Assembly (NCBI GenBank): GCA_040954595.2
Contig: CM082580.2
Span: 610,783-674,782, forward strand
DNA: 64,000 bases
Reading direction: 5' to 3'
Origin: Balanoglossus misakiensis
Taxonomy: Eukaryota; Animalia; Hemichordata
Below, one piece after another: positions 26,725 to 40,383 of the stretch. The notes below the pieces were generated by a model. That model had not been told where the DNA came from. It saw nothing but the letters and a program-made list of their open reading frames with translations, and made no database searches. The position numbers and the translations under genes were made by a program. Numbering within the stretch: the first letter of the stretch is position 1; each line of letters begins with the position of its first letter.

Positions 26725-29700
26725 GAGCTAGATGCCGTTAATCAGAATTTTTGGTAAGGAAGGTTTGAGAGTTCCATTCTATGTAAAAAATGGTGCTGAT
26801 TCCAAAAATGTCAGTCTTATTGACCCCACTCAAGACAAAATTGCCATTTTGGCCATTTTTAACCCAAAAATGGTGTTTTTTTAGAAAACACAAAAAACAC
26901 ACTGTTTTCGTCACATTCTAAGATCTGATGACATATGATATGCCTATTCTATGTAAAATTTGGTGAATATTACGAAAAAAATAGTTCGATTGACCCAATA
27001 CAACAGAAAATTGCCTTTTTGACCATTTTTTGCCAAAAAAACGTCATTTTTAGAAAAAAATTAAAAAACACGGTTTTCTTCATAATAGTTGATCTGGTGA
27101 TATATGGAAAGTCAATTCTATGTTAAAAGTGGTGACTTTAAAAAAAAAAGCAGTCTTTTTGACCTCAATCAATACAAAAATGCCATTTTTGGCCACTTTT
27201 TGAGGTCAAAAAAGGTCATTTTTACAAAAAAACTAAAAATAAATTGTGTTTTTCATATTCAGAGATCATTGGATATATGAAGTGTCCATTCTATGTAAAA
27301 AACGGTGCTGATTTCAGAAATAGCAGTCTTATTGACCCTACTCAAGAAAAAAAATGCCATTTTTGCCACTTTTTGCCCCAAAACGTCATTTTTAGAAAAC
27401 ACTCAAAATTTATATATTTTCTTCACTTATATGCCCATCCTATGTAAAACTTGGTGATTATTCCAAAAAAGCAGATTTATTGACCCAACCTAATGCAAAA
27501 ATGCCCTTTTGGAAAGTTATTACCCAAAAAGGCCGTTTTTAGAAAAAAAAATTAAAAACAAACTTTTCTTCATAAAGCTCAGAGATCATGTGATATATGA
27601 AGTGTTCAACCTATGTAAAAAATGGTGCTAATTCCAGAAATAGCAGTCTTATTGATCCTACTCAAGAAAAAATGCCATTTTTGCCACTTTTTGCCCCAAA
27701 AACGTCATTTTCAGAAAACACTCAAAATTTATATATTTTCTTCACTTTCGGAGATCTGATAATGTATTATATGCCCACTTTATGTGAAAAATTTCCAAAA
27801 AAGCAGTTTTATTGATGCCACCCAAGATAAAAGTGCCCTTTGGCAAGTTTTTGCCCAAAAAGTGTCATTTCTAGAAAACACCCAAAACTTTTATATTTTC
27901 TTCACTTTCGGAGATGATGATGTATTATGTACCCACTCTATGTGAAAAAATTCAAAAAAAAATTACTAGCGCCACTCAAGAAAACAGTGCTTTTTTGACA
28001 AGTTTTTGCCCAAAAAGCCACTTTTCGAAAATCATTATAAACAAACTGTTTGATTCTTATTTGGAGATTCTATGATGTGTGAAAAGTACATTTATTGTAA
28101 AATAGGTGTTGATTCCAGAAATGCAGTCTTAATGACCTCAACCATGACGAAATCACCTTTTTGGCTAAGTTTTGCACAAAATTGTTATTTTTAAGAATAT
28201 ATTAATAAGCATTCTCTTTTCTTCACTTTCGGTGATCTTATTATAAATAAAAGCCCATTCTATATTGAAACGTGGTTACTGTTCCAAAAACGGAAGTCTT
28301 ACTTACCCTATTCAATTGAAATTTGTAATTTCGGCCACTTTTTTGGTCAAAAATGTTCATTAAAAACAAACAAACTAAAGACAAATTGTTTTCTCCATAT
28401 TCAGAGATCTGATCATGTATGAAAAGTCCATTCTGTGTAAAATTTGGTGACTATTCCAAAAACGGCACTCTGGTTGTCAAAATTGCCTTTTTTGCTATTT
28501 GTAGCCAAAAATAGATCTACTCAAGAAAAAATTATCATTTTAGCCATTTTGTACCGAAAAAATGTTTGTATTTGGAGTTTTTGCAAAATTAGCCCAAGTT
28601 GAACTCATAATGATGATGAAACAGCGTCGAGAGGAAAAGAAGTTACGAATGGAACAAAACTCGCGTCAATGAATGTAAACACGCCGCCCGGGACCAAGCT
28701 CTAAACATGATACAGATGACAAAAGAAAGGCATTGCACATTGCCCAAATATTCCCATACAGCAGTTCCAAATTAAAACGTCAAGGGTTTTATGTTTATTT
28801 AGTTTAAACCCACATTTTCCCTGCTGCGTGCTAGTTCAGGGGCCAGTTTTAGCAGTGCTCTATTGAGTATTCTAGCATCGTTGCACTCCTGTCCAATCAG
28901 TATGATATAAATTATAATATAATTTCTGATTTTGTATTCAGATTGAAGAGAATAAATTTCAACACTCTCTCCCGAGCTGGCATATCTGAACCTAAATATT
29001 CCACACCACGCATAATCGACTTATAGTAGACAGTGCGTATACATGGATCATCTTATTGTTAAGTTCAGTTTTGGGCTAAATTTGCCAAATTGTGGCAACC
29101 CTGTCTTTCAATATCATCAATTTAATTGACATTATATGGTTATGGCGTTTTAAATATGCATATACAACATCAGAACACAAAAGGCAAAAACATCAATTAT
29201 ATTTGTTTTCTGAAAATGCCTATTGTTGACCAAAAGATGGCTAAATGGCAATTTTGTACTGAGCGGGGTGTCTCAATAAGACCATTGTGCTGGTATCAGC
29301 ATATTTTTTGCACACACACACACAAAAAAAACGAATTTACATACATCACAAGGGCTCTGAATATTAAGGAATAAGTTTGTATTTATTTTTTCTAACAGTT
29401 ACCTTTTTGAGCAAAGAGGCCAAAATGATATTTTTTTCCCTCAGTGGGGTCAGTAAGAGTGGGTTTTTTAGTACTTTTATTTATCATTTGATCACCAATG
29501 GGAAGAAAATGGCATAATTTTCGTATTTTCTAGAAATGACACTTTTTGGGCAAAAACTTGCCAAAAAGGCACTTTTATCTTGAGTGGCATCAATAAAACT
29601 GCTTTTTTGGAAATTTTTCACATACAGTGGGCATATAATTCATTATCAGATCTCCGAAAGTGAAGAAAATATATAAATTTTGAGTGTTTTCTGAAAATGA

Positions 29701-30697
29701 CGTTTTGGGGGCAAAAAGTGGCAAAATGGCATTTTTTCTTGAGTAGGATCAATAAGACTGCTATTTCTGGAATCAGCACCATTTTTTACATAGGATGAAC
29801 ATTTCATATATCACATGATCTCTGAGCTTTATGAAGAAAAGTTTGTTTTTAAATTTTTTTCTAAAAATGGCCTTTTTGGGCAAAAACTTTCCAAAAGGGC
29901 ATTTTTGCATTAGGTTGGGTCAATAAATCTGCTTTTTTCGAATAATCACCAGATTTTACATAGGGTGGGCATATAATACATTATCAGATCTCCGAAAGTG
30001 AAGAAAATATATAAATTTTGTGTGTTTTCTGAAAATGACGTTTTGGGGCAAAAAGTGGCAAAAATGGCATTTTTTCTTGAGTAGGGTCAATAAGACTGCT
30101 ATTTCTGGAATCAGCACCATTTTTTTACATAGAATGGACATTTCATATATCCAATGATCTCTGAATATGATAAACACAATTTATTTTTAGTTTTTTTGTA
30201 AAAATGACCTTTTTTGACCACAAAAAGTGGCCAAAAATGGCATTTTTGTATTGATTGAGGTCAAAAAGACTGCTTTATTTTTTAAAGTCACCACTTTTAA
30301 CATAGAATTGACTTTCCATATATCACCAGATCAATCATTATGAAGAAAACCGTGTGTTTTATTTTTTTTCTAAAAATGACGTTTTTGGGGCAAAAATTGG
30401 TCAAAAAGGCAATTTTCTGTTGTTTTGGGTCAATCGAACTACTTTTTTCGTAATATTCACCAAATTTTACATAGAATAAGCATATCATATGTTATCAGAT
30501 CTCAGAATGTGACGAAAACAATGTGTTTTTAGTGTTTTCTAAAAAAGACCATTTTGGGGTTAAAAATGGCCAAAATGGCAATTTTGTCTTGAGTGGGGTT
30601 AATAAGACTGACTTTTTTGGAATGAGCACCATTTTTTACATAGAATGGACTTCTCAAACCTTCCTTACCAAAAATTCTGATTAACGGCACCTATCTC
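26725..30697. mobile_element. Foldback-type element: >1.1-kb inverted arms built of ~170-bp tandem subrepeats
   Basis: The left end gagctagatgccgttaatcagaatttttggtaaggaagg is the reverse complement of the right end ccttccttaccaaaaattctgattaacggcacctatctc. Mirrored ORFs (26935+ vs 30297-; 27244+ vs 29956-). The ccattctatg motif recurs about every 170 bp. Confidence 0.92.
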
Positions 30698-33281
30698 ATA
30701 GTGTAACCAGACTACAAGTGAAGAACCCCAGTAACAGACGTAACGAACAAACAAACTACATGTACTAACAACAAAGCAAGAAAAGTGTCAAGCGTCGTCA
30801 AAGAAAACGAAATAGTTCTAGCATGGTTGGTAAAAGTTATTGGTAGAAAACGAATAGGGCCTTCTACAAATGACGTCTCAGACCCGCAAACGCCACCAGA
30901 ACACAAAACACATGCACAGAACAGTTTAAGCCGGTTGTTGTATGGAGCAGCAATAATCTGCGGTTGGGCCGTCGTAGATTTTCGCTGGTGGTGAAAATAA
31001 ATAAAACACGATCGATGTTCGATTTATTCCAGATCACATGCGTTTACGGCCAGAAGAGAGCATAAAAGTCTTCAAATGACCATGTGGTGGCGCACTTTTT
31101 CCGATTGGCTGTATTTCAATTTGTTCGTGGTAAATTAATTTTGTGGAGGTGACCGGCACTGAAGCTCTTAGCTAGGATGAGGTGGGATGGAAAAATGCCC
31201 CATTTGACTCATTTTAGCTGTTTTAAAATATACGACTATTTATAGACAAAAGGAAAATAAAACAAGCGCAAAAACATACCAAACCTAGTTTTATTAATTA
31301 CAAAAAAAATTGCTGAGTAAAGGTTTTCATGTGGGCATTCACTTTGAACTTGCTAAATTACTTTAAAGAGACAAAGTCGCTCTCTCTTTGTCCTTTTGCG
31401 ATGATGGAATGCTTGCTTGAAGTCTCTCGTGCAATAAATGATGTCGATTCATACATGTATGGATGGTGTATAGGTGGTCGGAATTTACATGTCTTTGCCA
31501 CGTCCAAACCAAAAACACATAAAATCAAACTTTGGGTCATGAAATCGAGTTTTGTTACAGTCTAGAATTTCATGCCACCCCTTTTGGTCATATTATTCTT
31601 GGTAGGCAAAAGTGACAAGTAGTCAAGTTTCAACACAGGCAACATTTTTACAAACAAACCACAAAGAAGACATCAAAAGGGAGAGAATTATAGAATGGTC
31701 AATGTGTGAATAGTTAAGATACGTAAAGTGGCCGGGTTCAACATAACATTAACTCATCGACTTCATATCGTCTTCATGCCATGGTTTTGCCTGCCCTGAA
31801 AAATCTTGTCGTTGCAGAAGTGGTTTTGACAGAAAGAATTTAGTCTTCCGGGATGTTTGTGATTATTTGAACACCAGACAATACAATGCAACCTTGACTT
31901 CCAAAATACTTACCGGCATTGCATTATCTTACCATGGTTAGGCCTACAGAGAACAAATTTTCAACAATATTTTCTGAGTTACCGCTGATATTTGTTTTGT
32001 AGTATGGATATTAAATTATACATCCCGATACAAAACAGAATGTTATAGAATCCTTCCTGAGTGATATTGAAAAAATTACCGGAATGCTATAGCCTAATCT
32101 ATGGTTAGGGTTATTGCTATTATTTTATATCAGTAATCGACTTTGTGTATATCAATGTCATTTTCATAACGAAAATGAACTCGAGTCTAATGTAAACGTT
32201 ACGAATTGATCGAAAGGCGCTCTGATGAATGTTAACACGAGTGCGCAATGACAAGACATGCATCGTGCATGACAGTGACAACAGTTCCATTAGAGCAGTT
32301 AAAAAATAAACCGGCCGTCCGTAAATTTATCAGCTATATTTTTTTTTATTTAGTCAAGTTTTCCCTGTTGCATGCTATTAGTTCAGGGGCCAGTTTTAGC
32401 AGTGCTCTATTGAGTACTTTCGTATCGATGGATTGATCTCTCGTCCAATCAGAATGGCGGATGGTAGCATGATCCGACATATTGCGTATTACAATAGGGC
32501 TTCCTCATACAGGTCAGAACAGAGAGGTCATTCCTTTTATTTCAGGACGTCTCAGCTCCTTTGTCTTTTCTGTTATTTTTTGACAAATGCGGATTGACGT
32601 TCCATTTCCAATTGGCGATAATTATATTTATTTGTATTTCATTGCATAAGCGCTTGCTAGTCGTTTTTTAGCAATTTTTTTTGTAGTACAAAAACACTGA
32701 AGAAAACGAAATATTTTATTCATTCGCACTTCCAAAGAACACCGTGACATAATTCCTCAATTTGCATTTCAGTGTGTGTGTCTGGTGTGTCTGCATTGAC
32801 GTGAGGCGCATTCTCCACCCGCACACATACGTTGCATTGCATTCTTTGACTAATTAGTGTTACGTCATGTTGAAGCAGGATTCTGATTGAGTAGTAAGTA
32901 AGTTGCATAATTGACGCACAGCTGGTGCCTCGTTCTCGTACCGCTGACCATTGCATTTGAAAAATCATTGCAGCTTTGACGTTCATCAAGCATGGAGGTC
33001 CCGGTCGCCTCCATGCTTGATGATGTCGTTTCTCTGGTAAGCATGGCATTTAATGTTATTTTACAAGTACATGTACACTCCTTCTAGCAAAAACTGGTCG
33101 TGGTAGGGCGAGAGGGTCCCCCCAACATCGAAATTCTGACTTTGGGAAGCGTTACAGCACCAAACAGTAAACTCACAGTCGCATGGAATTTGTGCGTTAT
33201 ATTACACCGTGCGAGTAAATTGTACGTCGTTCGTTGGCTCGAGTCAGCTTTGTTATTGTGGAGCAGGTGGTACCGTAACAC

Positions 33282-33695
33282 CACAGGGGGCTCTCCCTAG
33301 GCGATTTTATTGTTTGTTTGTTGTTGTTGATTGGCATAATAAACAAATACATATTTCTTTATTAATAAATATGGTTTGTTGACATGTAAGGGTTAGGTTA
33401 TTAGGGTATATTTGACAGGTTATGGTATATTCAACGGTTAGAATTAGTGTTGGCATTTTTTCGATCCATGGCCGGCATCACCCCCCCAAACCCCCCCCCC
33501 CCACCCCCTGTGGCTTAGTGATGCCCGGGGCCGTGGATCGAAAAAAATGCCAACAGTAACCCTAACTGTTGAATATACCCTAACACTTACATGTCAACAA
33601 ACCATATTTATTAATAATGAAATATGTATTTGTTTATTATGCCAATCAACAACAACAAACAAACAATAAAATCGCGGAGGGAGGAGCCCCCTGTG
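33282..33695. mobile_element. Palindromic MITE, CAC...GTG termini, 7-bp TSD (P-superfamily-like)
   Basis: ~200-bp inverted arms CACAGGGGGCTC...GAGCCCCCTGTG. GTAACAC at 33275-33281 and 33696-33702. Confidence 0.85.
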
Positions 33696-33898
33696 GTAAC
33701 ACACTACAGTATAACTTTTAAGGCAAAGCGATAGCGAATAAACTGACCAGGGTTGGTTTTGTTGTTGGGGAGATTTTTGGCACCATTGAGACTGTTATAA
33801 GCTACCAGTGGGAGCTATGGTATAGCCGTTAACACGCAGCCCTGCCACGCAGAGCTTCTATGACTGGTTACTAACTTCTATGTCTATTTGATTCACAG

Positions 33899-34973
33899 AT
33901 GCTGCCTGAAACTGTCTGCGTTTCAACTCGGGATTCTCTTCCTTGTCCGGGGCGAGTTTAAGACCGCTCAATGGTAAGCATGACTTGCTTTATATTTGCT
34001 TTTATCGGGTGTTGCAACCGAAACAATAGGAAGAAATGTATGTCTACGAACTAATTTACATATTCCAGCTTTCAATACAATGTACCTGTTTTTTCCCCTT
34101 CGAATTCTGGCCTCGATTGCTTGTGATATGATCGTGATGTCATGAATTAGATGGACAACTCACAAGTTCAAATCTTCACGTGGAGCATAAAATAAATGTG
34201 GATGCATTTCCTTAAAGGGACAAAGTCTCTCTCTCGCTGCCCTTTTTTCCATTAATTATATTTGATACAAGACACCGTTTGTTATTCTACATGTAGATAT
34301 ATAGTGAATGAACGTTCAGCCACACACAACTTCCGTCCCACTTGTAGACACGATAGTAAAAATACTCGCCAAAATGAATAATCGTTCTTTACCATTTATT
34401 CATTTTGGGCGAGTTTTTACTCTCATATCATACAAGCGGGATGGAAGTTTTGTGTGGTTGATCATTTATTCACTATATATCCAAATGTACATTGACATAA
34501 ACAGTGTCTTGTATCAAACATAATTAATGGAAAAAGGACAGCGACAGAGAGACTTTGTCACTTTAACCATATAGCTAAAATTACTCCCATATCAATACAC
34601 AGGGAGATACTTTAACTTTGGCTGAACGTGTGCTAGTCCAAAACTATGCTTAATCAAACTGGCTAAGAGATCTGTTATTATATTAGACGCATGAAGGAAA
34701 GTAATGTTGTTTAGAGTGAAATAAAACAATACTTTAGGCCAGAAAGAAAAATGTAAATCATGACACAAACAGGCTGGAAATTTTTTCTGACCCTATATTA
34801 TACCATGTTTTGCATATTTTCACTAATTTGTATGGCCCACATAATTCTAAAGCAAGGTTGATTGGTTACTAATTAATATTTGCATATATTTGATTCACAG
34901 TCTTAAACACAGCATTTCAACGTATGCCGGAGGAGGAAGAGAATACTTAGGCCTGATCCAAGACCGCTTTCCG
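33899..34973 (+). other. Putative spliced mini-exons A (33899-33973) and B (34901-34973) of an unidentified transcript
   Basis: TACTAAC/TACTAAT branch points, tttgattcacAG acceptors and GTAAGC donors, all conserved in the duplicate. Confidence 0.6.
34216..34562. mobile_element. Palindromic TTAA MITE, family A copy 3 (full length)
   Basis: ttaa-AGGGACAAAGTCTCTCT...GAGACTTTGTCACT-ttaa. Empty site gcatttccTTAAccatatagc at 40672-40692 in the duplicate. Confidence 0.93.
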
Positions 34974-36446
34974 GTAAGCACACCTTGCTGTATACATGCT
35001 CCATAGCTTGTTTGTAAATGCTACCTTTTCCCATCAAATAGTGAAGTCACCCTTTTAAAATTATGGTGGTGGCAAGCCACAACTGGTTATCATGAAGAGT
35101 TGGACACCACTAATAATCATTTTAATATTTTCCAATTGGTAACCTTTATGTACCACTATCCTCAACAATTTCAGTCAACAAGATTCATATTGCGCTGTAT
35201 AGCAAGGCCAAACAAATATGACTGATTGATAGGGATTTTTCTGAAAATGTGACAAAATCAACAAATAAACAATAATCAGTCACCAATCATGCATTATGTG
35301 TTATTCGAGGGAACCTGAGCGGGTCCCATAAACCTGCCAACCCATGCTAGCCATGACTTTACAAATGTTTCCGTCATACTATGCAGAAAATTCTGGCTGC
35401 CTTAAATAGGTTTTTCACTTTGCGCTAGGTGTCAAATCTCATTGCATTCTGGGCGGAAAGTCCATAACCAACTGTAGTAAGAGATAGAAGAAATGATATG
35501 TTTACTGTATTTCATGACTTCCTTCGGTCAAACATTTCTGTCTCGGTAGTTAGCATATTAAACTTTTTTTCACTTTTGCTATTTTTTCTGTTAAAAAGTT
35601 CAAGAATGACCCATCATCATTTTAGCTTATGAACTCCCATTTCTTTAACATGGCAAAAATCGGCCATCTTGAAATTATCGACCGTATGAGATTTTCATCA
35701 CTCATTTAGGGTAGCTTAAAACGTGTTTAAAGTAGGGAGAATTGTATAGGCAAGACTTGGGCTGTAAATTTGATGAAATAGCTACATGACTATTGTTCAC
35801 AAGCAGCTGACTGTACTGTAAGACTGGAAGTGTTGTGTACATATTTTACATATTCAATATTTGTAATTAGACCATGTCATGTATATCTTGGGGATTGCTC
35901 GATCACAATGTCTCTGCTGGTACAATGTCCTTTTAACATGTTCAGTAATATGGTAGTAATTGTAAGTTTGTGTGCGGCATTTGTAAATTATTTACAATTT
36001 ATAAATTATTTTGTAAGTTTCTTCATTCTCAAATTGCTTGCCTAACGTACTGCATTAACATTTAAATTTTGGTATGATTTTGAGTAGACTTTTTGTTTCA
36101 AAATTATTTTTGACACTTTTGGGTGATATGATTTTACATGGAAAATCTGATTTCCCTGTAATTCGGTTGACAGGATTTTCATCATATCTCTAAATCATGA
36201 AGTACATGTATCAGACTTGCATCAGGCCCTCAAAATTCTAGTCGCCTTTGGCAAGTAATATTAGCCATTGATCTGGGAAAGTTACAAAAATGTGTTGTCC
36301 AAGGACGTTGAAGGTACATGTGGTTTTTACACTTGCTGCATGTTTATAATTTGCAATAGAAATAGACACTCAGTGCCAGCCCACTATCCCGTCTCCTTAT
36401 TGCTGACTTGTATGTATGTACGTATGTACGCATTTTATCAGAATTA

Positions 36447-39400
36447 TTAGGTCCCATTTGGTATATGTATTTATACCATGGTACCTTACGGGATCAGTTG
36501 CACCTGTATGTATGGATGTTTGTATGTCCATCAACATCAAACATTTGGAAACTACTGGCATTTCACCTTGATATTTAATGTGCAGACAGGGCAGTAGATG
36601 GGAGTTTGTCTCAGTGAAGTTGTCATTGCCAAAATATGCAAATTAGCTGGGAAAGTGTCAAATTCGTCAAAACTTGGGAACTCAACAACTACTGGGCAAA
36701 TTGCTTTCAAAATTGATAATTGGTATGCATGTACCTTATGGTATCCTCTCACAATTCTACATGTTGTGAGCTAATAATGTGAATTTTCTATTTTTAAGCA
36801 TTTTTTTTTCTCTTTCCACATTGTCGGTAAAAACCTACTTTTCTGGAATTGATCAGCTGACTTGTTTGAAATTTATTATGAAGCTTCATAGGTGATCTGA
36901 GTTACCAACCATAGTTTTGTTTAAATTGTTGCCAAAAATTGCGTATTTATAATTTTGGAGCAATTTTTAGGTCCCATTTGGTTTATGTACATATATACGA
37001 TTGGGACCTTATGGAATCAGTTGCATTTGTATGTATGAGTGAATGGATGAAAACCGCTGGGCATATCACTTCCATATTTAGTGTGTAGATGCAGGCGGGG
37101 CTGTAGATGGGATTTTGTTCAAATGAAATTGTCATTGCCAAAATATTACCTGTGTAAATGTGAAATTGGTCAAAAGTCAGAAACTTGACAACCACTGGTC
37201 AGATTGGTATGTCAATGAACCCCATACAGTCCTGTATGTTGTGAGCTAATATTATGAATTTTCTAATGTTTATTAATTTTTTTTGTCTTTTTCCACATTA
37301 TTGGTAAAAAAAAATCTTCACTTCTGAAAGCGATAGTCCGACTCCTTCGAAATTTAGTATGAAGCTTCCTATGGGTGGTCCGAGTTACCATATTTTTTGT
37401 TCAGATTGTTGTAAAATAGGCATATTTATAATTTTGAGCAATTTTGCCAATTATGGTCAGAATGCTTTGCAATTTGGTAGGCAGATTCCCAGGGGTAACC
37501 CAAGGAAGATGTCATAAAAATGGTTAAAACTGCGTGCTTGTGTTATTGGGGATATTTTTTGCAATCTTTGTCAAAAACTGTTTTCTGTTAAACCGTTCAA
37601 ACCCTTGTCAGATTGCTTTGAATTTTGGCAGGAATGTTCCTTGTAGTGATTGAAGTAAGATGGTGTACAATTATAGAGATGTTTGCATATTTGTGTTTTT
37701 GCCACTTTTGAACAAATGTGTTTTTCTTTGAAACTGCTTTTTTGATGGCTTTGAAATATGGTAGGAATATTCCTAGGGGTAACCCAATTTTTAGCTCACC
37801 TGAAAATCACGTGAGCTTATAGTTTAGCGATGTCTGTGTATGTGTGTGTCTGTCTGTATACCCGATATCTCAAGAACCGCTGAACCGATTTCAACCAAAT
37901 TTAGTACACAGGTTCAGATATCATATGGCAAGAACTGAAAAGGTTTTGGTGGGTGTGGCTTTGATATTAATGAAGTTATTAAAGTTTTAATTTTTCTATT
38001 ACATGGTTGTCTATGAGAGCTTTCGTTAATGCTGCATATATGACCAGTGGAAACGATAATTTGAGGAGATCGACTGTTTGAGGGCGCTGTGAAATGAGAC
38101 ATTCCTGGCGATATTGCCGTGGTTCTGTCCATGCTCAGACGCTGTACCCGTCGTTACGAATAACTTCCCTACGTGAATCCACAAGGAAGCTAACGTTGTT
38201 TAGTTGCTTCATAGAGCGTAAATTGTTAATCTACAGGACCGTCAGACGAATACTCTTTTCAAATGAAGTTTGAAACTACTTACGAGTAAGTTAGTGGAGA
38301 CAATATGGCGGATAGTTGGCGTGCAGCCGAATCCGCGTTATGACTATGACGTGACCCATTCATCAAGACAAACCGTAAATGATTCACGCATATTGTGGTC
38401 CTCACGCAGTCAATCTCAAAATGTCACCAGGCTTTCTATTTGTCTATTGTTCAGAGAAAAATAACATGGCGGTTGATCACACTCAACAGTAAAATCCGTT
38501 TTGTGTGTTTATAGACAGTCTGTTATCGCCAATACTATATAGCGATTGCTAGATGGCCTACCCAATATGTGATCGAGCGAGAATGATAACATTGAATGTC
38601 TGTTCAGATCTCATTCCGTATGTCATACGTCAACATTTCGATTTCGATTTAATCCATTCATAAAGAATTTAGAGAAAGTCGTCTTGAATTGTGACCCCGA
38701 CTATCAATTAGTTTACGATGATTTTTTGGCGACGGAATACACGAGACGCCATTGCATAACTACGTCAGCTGGACTTCCAAGGTTACCATTTTGTGTGTAT
38801 GGAATCTTATCACAGAGCCTACGTACTTTGACAATATGCCATGCTATATCAATGACGCCCCAGAAAATTTGTCAAAAAATGAATTTGTCTTCTCATGGTG
38901 GTGCAATATATTTTAATGTCTATTTTGAGGTTGATTTTGGTTTTTGGCTAACATGTATATAAATGTCAGCTTATAGCATAAGTTGGTGTCCGTCGGCTAT
39001 GTATGTCTGTATGTGTGCCTCATACAGAATTATGTATTTTGTGAATGGATTAGTTTCGTCTTAATGTATTGATGTATGTATGTGTATGTCCATCAACATC
39101 AAAAACTTGAAACTACTGATATTTAGTGTGTACATAGAAATTGTTATTGCGAAAAAATGCATACTGGTATTAATTGGAAAAATGTTCAAATAGTCAAAAT
39201 TGAAAAACTTAATAACAGCGGATCAGATTAAGTTAAAAATTGGCGTGCATTGGTGTGCAAGTACTTTGGGAAGACCTAGTATGATTTTGTTCAGGTGGAG
39301 TCAGTATCTGGCGTTTCCTATTTTTTATGAATTTTTGGGGGAATTTTCTGCAGTTTTGTTAAAAAAAAATTTTCTCTGAAATTACATGTCCAATTGATTG

Positions 39401-39880
39401 GAAACTTGGTATGGAGGTTCATAGGGCTTACCTGAATCACATTTGTGCAAACGGTGGTGAAATTTGCAAAAATGCATTTTTGGGCAATATTTCCTGTTTT
39501 TGCCAAAAAATCCAATCCTGTGAAATGTAGGTGCAATTGTTTTGATACTTTGTATTTGGGTTTCTAGGGGTGATCTCAGTCAGATATGATCAAATTGTAA
39601 TGAAATTTGCATAATTGTATTTTTTGGGAATTTCTGCAGGGTTTGGCCAAATAGTCTTCGGTAATACCACAAGTCCAATTGGTTGGAAACTTTGAATGGG
39701 AATTCATATATGTGATATCAGTCAGATTTGTCTGAATTTCCTGTTGTTTGCCAAAATGTCTTCCTTATTGAAACTTGTTAAAGAGGTTCTTAGGCATGAA
39801 CAGAAATCAGATTTGTTGAAATCTGGTGAAATATTCATACTTTTTGGTATATTTCTTGCCATTTTTGATCAAAGAGTTTT
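36447..39880 (+). mobile_element. Cluster of Helentron/DINE-1-like non-autonomous elements with degenerate internal tandem repeats
   Basis: Heads ttaggtcccat...(at)gggacct followed by (tgta/tgtc)n at 36447 and 36968. Head ttttagctcacctg...gtgagctt followed by a microsatellite at 37789. Recurring aaatttgcatattt/tgctttgaaatttgg subunits. Confidence 0.6.
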
Positions 39881-40383
39881 AGAATTCCATAGACTTATTA
39901 TTTTTATGCAGTTCAGGATGGGGTACATGACTCATAACCCCTTACAAAAATTGACAAGGCAACAATTCCACAAACATGTTTACATTTCACAATGGTGCAA
40001 CACACAACCCTTACACCATATACACTATAAACCAAAATGGTTTAAAACTGGTTTTTCTAATCTTGTTATTCTGTCAACCAATCACAGTACTGCACGTGAG
40101 CATATTCAGTTAATATCTGGTTCCTGATTGCTTTGGAAGTTAGTTAACAATTTCATAACACATGTACATGTATGTGCAACTTTGATTAAATTCTGGTTGT
40201 CAATATTTAGGTAGTTTGTTGTAAATTTCTTTGTTTTTGGATAGCAAATCTTTTTAACCAATTGCTCAGTTTCTTTGAAAGTTACTGTTAACAAGGAGAG
40301 TTAGTACACCCAACTTAGACTTTTACACCCAACTTAGAGCTACTATGACTGGTTACTAACTTCTATATCTATTTGATTCACAG

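Larger units (their letters stand above)
33851..37720 (+). repeat. Tandem segmental duplication, copy 1
   Basis: Collinear with 40336-~45900. Paired ORFs 35830 and 43101 have near-identical translations. The right boundary is approximate because it fades into Helentron-like repeats. Confidence 0.85.
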
